64,000 bases of DNA from Azolla caroliniana (taxonomy: Eukaryota; Plantae; Polypodiophyta). The DNA is taken from assembly GCA_043228905.1 (NCBI GenBank), contig JBHGNT010000008.1, positions 19,902,001-19,966,000 on the forward strand, given 5' to 3'. The notes under the pieces are model-generated. The model worked only from the letters and a program-made list of their open reading frames with translations. It had not been told where the DNA came from and did not search any database. This document shows, one piece after another, positions 1-12,381 of this stretch. Each line of letters opens with the position of its first letter. Within the stretch, counting starts at the first letter, position 1. The position numbers and the translations under genes are program-made.

Positions 1-1713
1 TCCGCCTTTGGTAGCTTCCTACTGGCGTAATATATTGGTCTGTACCAAGTCGGCTCCGTGAGCTGCATCAACGCACTACCTATTGCTATGTCCGAGTCGT
101 CTACAAAAATGTTGTCGTGAAGATTCCGGGCAATAGTGAGAAACCGGGGAATATCGGAATAATCGGCAGAGTGCACCATGTGCACTTACCCTTGTAAAAA
201 CCTGTGAATAATAGGAGTTGAGTCGGGACGAAGGATCCCATGTAATAAGGGATTTATCCCACATTGTTACGCATCCCTCTCCTTATTCTATAAAAGGAAG
301 GGAGCGCCCTTTGTGAGGGGGGTGCCCATTTTGAGTTAGGAGGGTATACCATTAGGTTTACGGTTTGGGGGTTTTCTCTTAATCTTATTTTCTTAGGGTT
401 TCATTTTGGTCTTGGTCTTCCTTGTCATATGGTTTGATTCCTTCTTCTTGGGTGGAGGTTTAGTATTCCGTTTAGTTTCTTCTTCTTCTTCATCTTCCCC
501 TTCGTGTCTGTTTAGGGTTTTAGCCTAGTGAAGATCTTGTATGTTCTATGGGGGCTTACTTCTGCTCGGCCTCCTGTGCAAGACCCCGCTCGGCGCGACG
601 AGCCCAAGAGCTCCCCGACGACGGCTTGGTGGCAGACTGCTGTTGTCACCTACCTTACCTCAGTCCGGCTCGGAGCCGGAGTTGTAACTCACTCTTGTAA
701 TCATATATATAAAGGGTTGTGCATATTTGTTTTTCTGTTGGTGTCGGGTGCATTTCCTTCCCTGTGTTTCCTATATATAAGAGGCGTGTGTTGTGTCGGT
801 GTTGCGCACGTGCTCTCTCTCTTTCTTCCTCTCTCGTGTTTGGTAGCCACTAGTACGCATCCGGAATCGCTCCGGTTCGTGCCATAACCAGTGTAGCCGG
901 AACTGGAGAGAAGTTAGCTTCCGACACCCCCATCACTTCCTCGTCCGAGACCCCCGTGGTCCCGCCCCTTTTCTACACGTACCCGCGAAATACCGCGACA
1001 ACGTGAAATGATTTCCCCCAATCTAGTGGTTGTACAACTGGTCCTTGAGTCAACATTATTTTAAGCGCATCGTACGCCTTTTCTTCAGTTGTCGTCCAAT
1101 TGAACACTGTACGGTGGACGGCGGCATGTAACAACGTGGTGAAATCTGCCAGATATCGTAACATCCGACTATGCTAGCGTATTTGTCCTAGAAACCGATT
1201 GAGTGCTTTGGCCGTTGTTGGTGTTTTTGCTTGAATGATCGCGGAAACTTTATTAGGATCCACCACTATCCCCTCCTTGCTGACGATGTGGCCGAGGAGG
1301 GCTCTGCCTTTGATGCTAAACGCGTATTTGGCTGGATTCAGGTGTAAGTGTGCAGCCTGGCAATGCTCCAAACACAGTCGTAAATGACTCAGATGGTCCG
1401 CTGTTGTCCCATACACTGTGAAATCGTCCAAAATGACTCAGATGCATGCGTGCTTGATTGTATCCACTAAAGCCGTCTAAAAAATTGTACATGTCATGCC
1501 TTGCGACTGCGTTCAATACGCTGTTGGTGAAAGGTAAGGGGAACGCATCTGTAGTAGTTACAACGTTCAATTTCCGATAGTCTACGCAAATGTGGATTTT
1601 TCCATTTTTCTTTGGAACTATGACTATTGGGCTCCACGATGTAGCTTGCTTGACTGGTTGAATGAATCTAGCCTTGAGAAGTTTGTCAATTTCTTCTTTT
1701 ACGCGAGCCGCGT
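1..1713 (-). mobile_element. Degenerate Ty3/gypsy (non-chromovirus, Athila/Tat-like) RT-RNase H fragment, interrupted by a solo LTR at 113-1000 and cut at 1714 by another element
   Basis: ORFs 1316-1777, 1174-1431 and 973-1164 carry SPIVIVPKKNGKI.ICVDYRKLN, FLDGFSGYNQ, DDF, LLGHIVS and FLGQI. RNase H WGKSFHV|FVDDSDIAIGSALMQ..WYRPIYYASRKL rejoins in frame across the 113-1000 insert. Confidence 0.9.
113..1000 (+). mobile_element. Solo LTR, 888 bp (TGTCG...CGACA family)
   Basis: Termini TGTCGTG / CGCGACA. 4-bp TSD ATGT (109-112) / ACGT (1001-1004). Removing it restores the host RNase H frame. TATA-like ctataaaagg near 288. The 3' end resembles the LTR at 1714-2463, which sets the strand. Confidence 0.85.
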
Positions 1714-2469
1714 TGTCGTGAAGAAAACCAGCCCTAAGAGGAATCAAGGAATTAAAGGCGTGAACCCGCTCTTGCATGAGTGTGCGCGAATTGATACATT
1801 GTACATAATTAGAAATAGGACGGCTGATGTAAATATACTAGGTATAACATATTTATTAGCTAGGAAATCGAGGCGTATCTCTGTTTGAAGGGACAGAGAA
1901 TAAAGTTGATATGTTTTGATGTAACAGCCTCCTCGGCGACCTATAAAGGGGAGGGGAGAAGAAAAAGAAGGTATCGCGTTTTGGCGAGGAGGAGGTGTTG
2001 TCGGACTGGGTATCGAGCTCTCTCCTCTATCGTTGCTCTCCACTCTATTTCGGGGTTGGTTGCCTCTACTGCATGTAAGCCCGCGTGCTTCCAACAGAGG
2101 CTTCATCGTGCGTTCTCTGTGTAGCGTGTGTGCGCGTGGGTTCTCTGTGTTGGGTCTGTTGCCGGCTTGCCGGTTATAATCTTGCATACATTGTAACCTT
2201 GCTAGTTATTGAATTCAAACTTTTGTTTTCTCTCTCTTGTGTTCTCGTGAGTTCCCTCTGCCTTGTCCGGTGAGCGTGTATTAGGTTTGGAGACTATACA
2301 TGTTCAGGTCTTATTCGGCCAGTAACACTGTCGGCAATGAGCAGGCCTAGCCGGCGATACGCTCGCGTATCCCTCTCTCTCCCTTTTGGTCTCTTAAACC
2401 CCTCGGTCCAAGACCCCCGCGGTTCCGCCTTAGTTTCTCCCGCGTGAGCGGAACTACATGACATTAATA

Positions 2470-2482
2470 TGTTGAACCCGAC
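2470..2482 (+). promoter_or_regulatory. Putative tRNA-Trp primer-binding site overlapping the gag ATG (2469)
   Basis: TGTTGAACCCGAC, 6 nt after the LTR end, matches 12/13 with TGGTGAACCCGAC. That is the complement of the plant cytosolic tRNA-Trp 3' end (...GTCGGGTTCACCA), recalled from memory. Confidence 0.7.
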
Positions 2483-3678
2483 CTTAAGCAAGGCAGTAGA
2501 GGACTTGAAGATGAGGGGATTGGAGCTCGCCGAAACCATGGCGGCAGCGGTTGATCGAATAGTAAGCGCTCGTGAGGGCACAGGCACCCTCGATAGGGCC
2601 ATTGAAGCAATTGTCGGCGCGATAGGCCGGTTCAATGGTAAGAATGCCACGAATTATTTGGTGGCCTACTGGGCCGAAATGCTGATTAGGGACATTCTGG
2701 AAGATAGGCAGTTTGCCGGTTTCCCTCGGGTGGCGATGCCAGGCATTCACACAGAGGTGCTTGAGGGACAAGCTGGATGTCGGACCTAGGCAGAGTTTGA
2801 AGGTTGGATCCTCGAGAAATACGGGCTCGATGACTCGCTTCGGCTATCAAAGTGAGAGTTCATGGAGTGGGTGGAGACCCCCGGTAAGGCGAGGAACATG
2901 TCTGCGCTCCTCCAAGGATTTGAAAAACGGTTCGTTTGGTTGTCGGCGCTAGACCGGACCGTGCTCGACACGACCCGGGTCTTGCTATTCGTCAAAGCGG
3001 TGGACGCATTGGACCCGGAGAAAGTGGGTCTCCTATTGGAGATGGACGATGGGCTCATGATAGACTGGGCCGTGGTAAAACAAGTCGGTAGTCGTTTCGA
3101 CAAACAGCATGAATGGAGCGGCGAGGGATGGCCAGCAGCACAGCCGGTCCCAGCAAGGGAGTTCGAGGAGCCAACATCGGTAAGGAAAGATGAGACTCGA
3201 ACTTGGCTGGAGTTGGGTGCAAGCCCATCCGACGCAAATGATGCGGGATCAGCTCTAGAAGAGCTGACACAAACGGTGCGGGATCTCCAGATCGGGTAGG
3301 CCCGGAGAGATAGCGACGAACAACCTCGTGACCGGAGGCCATTGGGAAGGCAACAGTGCATGTGGTGTGATGCGGTCGGTCACATTCGGAAGGAGTGCAC
3401 GAATTTTGCAGGAGCACTCAGGACTAACGTGGTGTACCTCTGGAATGGGCGGCTACATGCGAGTGAGACTCGGAAAGCCCTAGAGTTCAATACCGAGCGC
3501 GACAAAATGAAGCGGTCAATGGAGGAAGCCGTGGCCCGACACCGAAAGGCCGGCCACTACTCTATGTCGGCGGGTATCTGGGTCGGGGGCATCGAGGGCC
3601 AGAAGGCGAAAGACTCCGGATTCTCGCAGCTAGTGCTAGAAGGTCACTCCGGGGTTTGGCTCAGGAAAGAGGAAGAGG

Positions 3679-4390
3679 ACCGTGCGAAGCAGCGGATTCG
3701 GGGGGTCACCGGATGCGACGATCCGGTTGAAGAAAAGACTGGCTTCGTGGAAGCTGCATGCCAGAATTACGAGGTTCTAGTAGAAGACAAGCACGCGGGC
3801 AAGGCTAGAGGGGCGGGTGCCTCACAACGGTACGAGACCCGGTTCGGACCAAAGCCGAACGATGCCGCCAACACTAGCACCGATCCGGTTGAAGAAAAGA
3901 CCGGCTTCGTGGAAGCCGCATGCCAGAACTGCGAGGTTCTGGTAGAAGACAAGTGTGCAGGAAAGGCTGGAGGGGCCGGTGCCTCACAACAGTATGAGAC
4001 CCGTTTTGGACTGAAGCCGAACGATGCCGCCAACACCGTGCGAAGCAGCGGATTCGGGGGGTCACCGGATGCGACGATCCGGTTGAAGAAAAGACTGGCT
4101 TCGTGGAAGCTGCATGCCAGAATTGCGAGGTTCTGGTAGAAGACAAGCACGCGGGCAAGGCTAGAGGGGCGGGTGCCTCACAACGGTACGAGACCCGGTT
4201 CGGACCAAAGCCGAACGATGCCGCCAACACTAGCACCGATCCGGTTGAAGAAAAGACCGGCTTCGTGGAAGCCGCATGCCAGAACTGCGAGGTTCTGGTA
4301 GAAGACAAGTGTGCAGGAAAGGCTGGAGGGGCCGGTGCCTCACAACAGTATGAGACCCGTTTTGGACTGAAGCCGAACGATGCCGCCAAC
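3679..4390 (+). repeat. Nested tandem duplication in gag: a 162-bp unit duplicated inside a 356-bp unit that is itself duplicated
   Basis: atccggttgaagaaaaga recurs at 3721, 3883, 4077 and 4239. The peptide DPVEEKTGFVEAACQN..VLVEDK occurs four times. Confidence 0.9.
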
Positions 4391-6720
4391 ACTAGCACGC
4401 CGGATAAAAAGAAGCAGGCCAGTTTCCGGTTGAGCACCGAAATCGAGCGAACGATGGACCTACGAAAGGTGGAGCTGTCGTTACGGGAGGTACTCGGGAT
4501 TGCCAAGAAGGAGTTCCATGACTCCATTGTAGACTTGGTAAAGCGTAAGCGGCTCTCAATGGAGCCGGAGCTAGAGAAGCCTGTGGAGGTGTGGACGACA
4601 CGCCTAGAAGTTACGTCCCTAGAGGACAAGTTGGCGGACAACCACTATTCGAAGTTGCATTGGGCTAGAGCCACTACGGAGACCCCTGTTCGAATCGGGG
4701 ACGTTCCGGAGCCGGTGGTGGCATTGAGACCATGGATCCGAAATCAACCTGATGTCCATGGATTTCTATAAGAATGGGAGATGACCGATCAACACCAAGC
4801 ACAGGTGGAAGATACATGTGGTGAGGTGCGCTTCGGAGGAGCTGCATGGTGCATGCCCGAATGTACGCGTAAAGATCGGCAACATCGAGATAGATCAACA
4901 CTTCTTTGTGCAGGACACATCCTCACACCCGGTGATACTCGGCGAACCGTACATTACGGCGGCACGCATGGAAACGAAGGTGCTTCACAACGGTTCGGCA
5001 TACGCGCGCGTGAAGAGCCAGGACGGGCAGCGCTCCATTCAATTTCTGACAATGAGGCCGAATCATGAGCGTAACCGTGAGAGCCTCGGCGGTGATAGCT
5101 GAGGGGATTTTTAGAGAGGGCTATCAAGGCGTAGGGCCACGATAGTCCGGACACCCCTGAGAAACCCCACACATGTACCATAGATAGGAAATTGTGGTTC
5201 TTCGATAACGGAGGTTGTACTATAGCCGGCATCAGCGGTCAAGAAAAGAAGCGAGCTGAGGAGAGATTCAGGGCGTGCGGTGTCCACGACCCTAGCAAAG
5301 AGATTGGCGACACCATGGAGGTGGTCTCCTTCGATGACACCTTGGGGAAATTATGCGGTGTGGTCGAAGAAGGCTTTAGTGAAGACCGGATGATTCCGGT
5401 TAGCTAAGTGGAGATGTACAAAGTCATTGCGGTCGAGTCGGACCGAACAATTCGCGTGGATACAAGGTACAAGACTGTGGACCGGAAGGTGAGGCCAGTC
5501 GCGTCCGATCCAAGTTTGTGTCGCGATGAAAGGGGTCGCGTCCGATCCAAGTTTGTGGAATCCAGCTGGCATAGGACACCGGTTCACCGACATAACGCTA
5601 CGGGAGCTCAAGGTTGATGGGGGTGGCTTTCTACTGCCGGTGGAGGAGGACCGGTTTTGGAGGATGCTCGGAAGGCACGGGAAGGCCTTCGCATTCTCAC
5701 CGGAGGAGATTGGGTGCATAGACCCGACGATCGTAGAACCGATGGTGATATTTATGGTACCACATGTGTCGTGGAATCTCAAACCGATTCCAGTACCTAG
5801 AGCTCACATCCCGAAGTTGATGGAGCTGTTGAAACAGAAAGTGGAGATGGGCATCCTCGAGCTATTGAGTGCCCCGTACTCGAATTAGTGGTTCACTGTG
5901 CCAAAAAAGAACAACACGTTGCGCTTCATACATGACCTACAGTCGGTCAACAAGGTGACCATTCGAAACGCAGGTATCGGACCGACAATCGACGAGTTCG
6001 CGGAGGCCTTCGCCGGAAGGTCAATCTATTCAGTTGGTGATCTATATTCGGGGTATGACTAGTTCCAACTAGCCGTAGAGAGCAGGTATATCACGACAAT
6101 GAGGACTCCTCTCGGCCTAGTACGGATGTGTACCTTGCCGCAGGGAGGGACCAACTCGGTGGTGCACTTGGTGAATGCAATGAACAAGGTACTGAGGGAC
6201 TGCATCTCGAACATCACCATGTCATTCTTGGACGACATCCCAATCAAGGGATGTCCGGTGGGGAATACAGACGAATCGGTCAGGCCAGACGGATGCCGGA
6301 AATTCATCACGGACCACATCAACGACTACGAGAAGGTGTTACAAAGACTTGAGAGCACGCGGCTCACCTTCTCTAGAGAGAAGGCAACTTTCGGGTAGTC
6401 GGAGATCCTGGTAGCCAGGCACTTGTGTAGGCCTTATAGCCGGAAACCGTCTCCGGCGAAGGTGGAGGCCATCTCTGCGATGAAGGACGACTGCGGGTCG
6501 GTTACAGAGGTCCGGAGGTTCTTGGGGCCGTGTGCATAATATCACATATGGATTCCACACTACGCACACGTCACAAATCCACTGTACGGGCTCTCGAGAA
6601 AGGGGCATAATTTCGAATGGGGCAAGGAGCATACGGAATCGATCAGGAGACTCAAGGAGGTGCTTACTACGGAACCAGCTCTCCGAAAAGCGGTTTACGG
6701 CAAGGAGGTCCCAATCTATG

Positions 6721-9700
6721 TGAAGGGAACTGCATGCTCCCTATGCGCAACGCTTGGCCACAACCGAGCTTAGAATCCTACACAGAAAAACGGGAAATGA
6801 AAGCACGACACAAAGGTGAGAGAAGAGTGCACAGGATGTTTAACGTGGAAAACCCTGAGAGGGAAAAACCACGGGAGTCCACCGACTCCAAACTATCACT
6901 ATATCACAATGATTACAACAGTGAGTTCATGGAGGCAACAACCTCGTGCTCACGATCTTCGCCATAGGCGGCGGTTACAACAGAGGCAACGACTTCTTCC
7001 TCTCTCTCTCTCTCTCTCTCTGTACACTGATACGCGCTCTCTAGTCTTGCGCCAACAAGAATGACCACCACGCTTTTCTCTGTTTGCCCTAAGTCATATT
7101 TATACTAATATGACTTTTCGACTATTTACAAATATAGCCCCGATGGACTCTCCAAAACATATTTACAAATATGTCCCTTCATCCGGTGAGCACTTCTCAC
7201 CGGGCCTTCACCATCCGGCTCTTGACGGGTACTCCTCATCCGGTTCTCACCGGGTCCTCCGTAGCCGGGTACTCCTCATCCGGTTCTCACCGGGTCTTCC
7301 GTAGCTGGGTACTCCTCATCCGGTTCTCACCGGGTCTTCCGTAGCCGGGTACAACTCACTTCCCATTCGGAGAGACCTTTTTCCTAACAAACTCCCCCTT
7401 CACTCCAGCATGGGGTGTCTTACTAGTCGGATCCGCTTCTGGCATGCATCCAGCTTGTCGGGTATCAGTACTTTGTCCAGCATATCTGACCCGTTCTCGG
7501 CCGTGTGGATCTTCGTTAGCGAGAACTCTTGGTCATCTACTCTTTCCCAGATCCAGTGATACCTTCGCTGGATATGCTTCGTCCGGGAATGATAGGCCGC
7601 ATTCTTAGCAAGGTGGATGGCACTTTGACTGTCGCAATAGAGTCGGTATTCTTCTTGCCGGATACCGAGCTCTCCGATGAAGTCCTTCATCCATAATATT
7701 TCCTTGCTGGCTTCCACAACCGCCATGTACTCCGCCTCCATGGTTGATAGCACAACCGTCTTTTGCAGCCTCGACTGCCACGAAACAACTCCCCCTGCAT
7801 ATGTCATTACATACCCGGATGTAGACCGGCTGGTATCCACATCAGCCAACATGTCTGAATCGGTAAAACCGTCAAGTTGAGGTTTACCGGAGCCGAATTG
7901 GAGACATATGTTGGAAGTGCCCTTCAAGAACCGGAGTATCCATTTGACTGCGTTCCAATGCTCCTTGTCGGGATTGCTCATAAACCGGCTCACCACTCCG
8001 ACTGCGTATCCTATATCCGGTCGGGTCCACACCATTGCGTACATTAAGCTCCCGATGGCAGAGGCATATGGAACCTTCATCATATCATCCTTCTCTGCTT
8101 TCGTCTTCCGGCTTTGCTTACCGGATAACCTGCAGTTTGTTGGAAGTGTCGATCCGACCGGTTTCGCATCTGACATGTTGAACCGCTGAAGCACCTTTGT
8201 CACGTATTTCTCCTGTGACAGCCACAATTGCTTTGTTGGCCGGTTCCGGATGATATGCATCGCCAACATCTATCTTGCCAGACCCAAGTCTTTAATCGCG
8301 AAGGTTTGGTTGAGAGCCTTCTTCAGCATTTGTATTTTGGCTTGGTCCTGTCCGATGATCAACATGTCATCCACGTACAGAAGGAGTATCAGGAAGTTGC
8401 CTCCTTTGAACTTCTTCACAAACATTCAGTGATCGGCCTACGTCTTGTGGTACCCTTGATCGGTCATGAAGGAGTCGAACTTCCGGTACCATTGTCGGGG
8501 AGCCTGCTTCAGTCCGTACAGGCTCTTCTTCAACTAGCATACCAGGTGCTCCTTCCCTTTCTCCACAAATCCTTCCGGTTGCTACATGTAGATCTCCTCT
8601 TTGAGGTCACCGTGAAGGAATGTCGTCTTCACGTCCAGCTTCTCTACGTTGAGGTCCATGCTTGCCGCTATACTCAGCACCGTCTGGATGGAGGTCATCT
8701 TTACTACCGGGGCAAATATCTCGTCGAAGTCCACGCCCTTCTTCTACTGGAACCTCTTCACCACGATCCTGGCTTTGTATCTCGGGGGGTTGCCGCCATC
8801 TCCCGGTTTCAACTTGTACACACACTTATTTCGGAGTGCCCGCTTTTCTTTCGGCAACTCCACCAATTCGTACGTATGGTTCTCATGCAGGGAATCCATC
8901 TCATCCTGCATGGCACTTAACCATTTGCGGCTATGGGTGTCATCCTTTGCCTGTACGAAGCTTTCTAGCTCTCCCTCATCGGTCAGCAGCACATGGTCTG
9001 AATCCGGAAATCTTCGGGGGGCCCTTCTCTCTCGGAGAGGATATCTCTGTATTTGGCCTTCGGCAACCGGCTCCACTATTTGATCTTCATCTGAATCCGA
9101 TTCGGGATCTTGGCCGGTTCCGGTTTCAGCTTCCTCTACTTCTTCTTCTGCCGGTTCGGTATCCTCACCGTAACCGGCTAGTTCCTCGTGTGCTAACCGG
9201 TCTCTTGTCGGTTGGGTCTGCTCATCGTAGAATCGATCCTTACCGGTCAACTCAGAGTTCATTATCTTCCTCTCCGACTCCCAGTCGGCGAGCGTCTTGT
9301 CCTGCATGAAGATAATATCTCGACTCCGGAATACCTTCTCGTCGACCAGGTCCTACACTCGGTAGCCGAACTCATCGTCGCCGTAACCGAAGAATATGCA
9401 TGGCCGGGTCTTCGGATCTAGTTTTCCTCTCCGGTCCTTAGCTACATGCACATACGCCAGACACCCGAATACCTTCAGATGCTGGTAGGATACTTCCTTA
9501 CCGGTCCATACTCTCTGTGGTGTGTCTCCGTCCAAGGGTACTGAGGGTGATCTGTTTATCACATATGTCGCCGTCGACAGTGCCTCAGCCAAAACTTCTT
9601 GGGTAGTTTTGCATGCGCCAGCATACTCCGGACCCTCTCCATTATGGTCTGGTTCATCCTCTCGGCCAGCCCGTTTAATTCCGGCGTCTTCGGCACGGTA

Positions 9701-10702
9701 AATTCGAGTCGGATTCCCTTCGAGCGACAGTACTCCTCGAACTACCCCCGGTATTCACCTCCGTTATCTACTCGAACCGCCTGCAGCTTCCGGCCGATTT
9801 CTCTTTCCACTCTCGCGTGGAGCTCTTTGAAGACGGATAACACCTGATCCTTCGTCTTCAACGGTGTGGCCCATAGCTTCCGGCTATGGTCATCTATGAA
9901 CGTCACGAAGTACTATGATCTTGCATGTGACTTTGTGTCCACTTGACACACATCAGTATGCACCAGATCCAGTGGTGCATTACGTCTCATCTGTGGCCTT
10001 GGTCGGAAGGAGGTCCGGTTTTGCTTACCGTCCAGACAATCAGTGCACTTCTCCAAGTGCATGTTCTTCACTGGAATGAGGTTGTCGTCTGCAAGCCTCT
10101 TCATCCCCTTCTCGCTCATGTGACACAACCTTTTGTGCCACAGGTCACCGGCAGTGTTGGATGCCACGTTCATTTCCTCCGGACATAACCAGGCATTCAT
10201 CAGGTACGCTCATGTGATACAGCCTTTTGTGCCACAGCTCACCGGCAGTGTCGGATGCCATGTTCATTTCCTCCGGACATAACCAGGCATTCTTTAGGTA
10301 CAATGTGTTTACCTTCCAGGCCCGAGCCACAATCAGGCTCCCTTTGATGAACTTCATACCTTCATTCCCCATCCGGACACAGCCGTGATCACCGGTTGAG
10401 TAGGATGAGAAGCATTTCCGGTCCAGGGTAAGGTGGGACAACGCTCCGGAGTCGACCACCCAGGTCATCTCGTCGCCGGCAAGATTTAGCCCACTCTCCT
10501 CGGTGATGAGCATCAACTCTTCTTCACTTGCCGCGATTGTCGTCCTTCCCTTCCGGCCCAGCCCCCTCTGGTGTTTACCGTTCCGTTCCGGTGTCCACTT
10601 CGAATCGGTACCGTCGGTTTCCTTATCTTTTCAAAAATGCCGACAGTTCTTCTGGAAGTGTCCCGGCTTGCCGCAATAGAAACAAGTAGGCCTCCCCCTT
10701 GA
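6721..10702 (-). mobile_element. 5'-truncated Ty1/copia (Tnt1/Tork-like family): 3' LTR 6721-7389, PPT 7390-7399, degenerate RH-RT-IN-PR-gag end
   Basis: The LTR is homologous to 36161-36970. PPT AGGGGGAGTT on the minus strand. ORF 7400-8269 has FTDSD, EAEY and CDSQSAIHL; also VHTDVC, VVDSGA and CFYCGKPGHFQKNC. 94-bp tandem duplication at 10114-10301. Confidence 0.95.
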
Positions 10703-10990
10703 TCGGGATAGAAGTAATCAACGAGACATACTGCTTGCCGATCCTCAATATGGTTTCTGGATGCGCGACTCCGGATTTGGAAATGCTCAGGTGGATCGCG
10801 TACATTAAGTCCCTGGACCCAGAGATACTGTAGCCCTTGCTGGCCAGAGAATACTCGCCGAAGTATTTGATGAGCCGTTCGGAGGTAGGGTTGTCAATCG
10901 TATAGATGCCCCCCTCCGGAAGGCCTGTTAGTGCACGTGTCTTCTGTAGACACCTTGTGTTAGGCCATTGTCCGGCCCTAAGAGTTAACA

Positions 10991-12380
10991 ATTGTTGAAG
11001 GTTGGATCTCTAGGTTGAAGTGCCATATATGAACACCAACCCAGAGCATCTACTTTCCCTTATTGTTTCGGACATTGAGCAGAATCAAGTTTCTTACTCT
11101 CAAATGCTATAGCATCGGTTGCAATCTAAAAAGGTTTTGATGGATCTGGTAAAAGAAGCGAAGGAGCCTTGCACACCTGGTCCTTGAGTTCCTTAAAGCT
11201 GAGCTCTAGTGAAGCATTCCATAACATAGGTTTTGTAGAGTTACGTTTTTGACCTTTTGGAATATTAGTAAATGACGACGTCAATTGAGAGTAATTGCGA
11301 GGAGACTTTTGCAAAAACTCGACAAAACTAAGGAATGATCAAACTTCTCGATTATTCTGAAGAGTAGCCTAAAGTTTGACTTTCTCGATGCGAGAAGGAT
11401 CATATTCAACTTCTCTTTCGGTTATGAGATGTCCCAAGTAAGTAAGTGATCTCTTCAAGAGCTCGCATTTTGAGATATTCGCGTAGAATTGTTTCTCGTG
11501 CAACGATTGTAAAACAAAGCGGACATGTTCAACATGTTATTTCTAATGTATGTCTATAAAATAGAATATTATCCAAGAAAATAAATGCAAATTTTCCAAG
11601 TTGTTCTCGAAAAATGTCATTCATTTCTTGTTGAAATGCGGCCCGAGCATTGGTGAAACCAAAAGGCATGACCAAAAACTCATAATGACCATGGCGCGTA
11701 CAAAATGTCGTTTTAGGAACATCTTCCTCACTTATACGAATTTGATGGTAGCCCATACGAGGATCAAGTTTCGTAAAATATCGAGCTCCTTGGAGATGGC
11801 CAATTAGATTGTTAGTTCGAGGCAATGGATATGAATTCTTCATCGTAACTTTATTCAAGCGTCCATAATTAATAGACATACGCCAGGTGCCCTCTTTCTT
11901 TTTTACCAAGAGAATAGGTCCACCCCACGGAGATTTACTATAACATATATAACCCATTCGTAAATAGTCATTGAGTTCCTTAGATACCTCATCCGCTTCG
12001 CCAGATCCAAGATCTATACGATGGTCTATATTATGTTTAGGAGGTAACCCATGTGGTAGTTCACTTGAAAAAACATCAGGAAAATCATTTTTGATTTCAT
12101 TGAGTTGTTGTTATAATATGATAAATGACCCGAGACACTATTGATATTACAAACATGAATGTTCGAATCAAGTACACAATAAAATAAAGAAGAACAAGAT
12201 ATCTCGGATATTGATGGAGAGGAAACAATCGAAAGAGATTGTTTTTTGACACATTGAATAAAGTGAGTACAATCATTCAATACAAAAATAATTGAATGGT
12301 GAACCTAATCAATAGATAAAGAAGAGTTTTTATTATAAAACCAGAGATAAGCCAGTATTACATCAGTGGTACAAAGATTC
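10991..12380 (-). mobile_element. Degenerate chromovirus-type Ty3/gypsy RT-RNase H fragment
   Basis: ORF 11529-11957 has SPWGGPILLVKKK, KNSYPLP, GYHQIRI, YEFLVMPFG and FLDNIL; 11126-11314 has LLLPDPSKPF. The right boundary is approximate. Confidence 0.85.
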
Positions 12381-12381
12381 A

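Larger units (their letters stand above)
1714..6720 (+). mobile_element. 5' part of a Ty3/gypsy element (Phygy/Selgy-like, fungal-like Pol): LTR 1714-2463, degenerate gag-PR-RT, truncated by a copia at 6721
   Basis: The LTR starts TGTCGTGAAG, identical to position 113, and ends CATGACA. Gag has CMWCDAVGHIRKEC. Degenerate protease D(H)GSEINLM. RT motifs PHVSWNLKPIPVP, DLYSGYD, TLPQGGTNSV and FLDDIPIKG. Many stops and frameshifts. Confidence 0.9.

Noticed and set aside
2464-2480. Tf1-like self-priming instead of tRNA priming
   Set aside because: No complement was found near the likely transcription start, and the tRNA-Trp match explains the site better.
10926-10990. 65-bp TGTTA...TAACA mini-element
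   Set aside because: No TSD (AGGCC vs ATTGT); a 5-bp inverted match can be chance.
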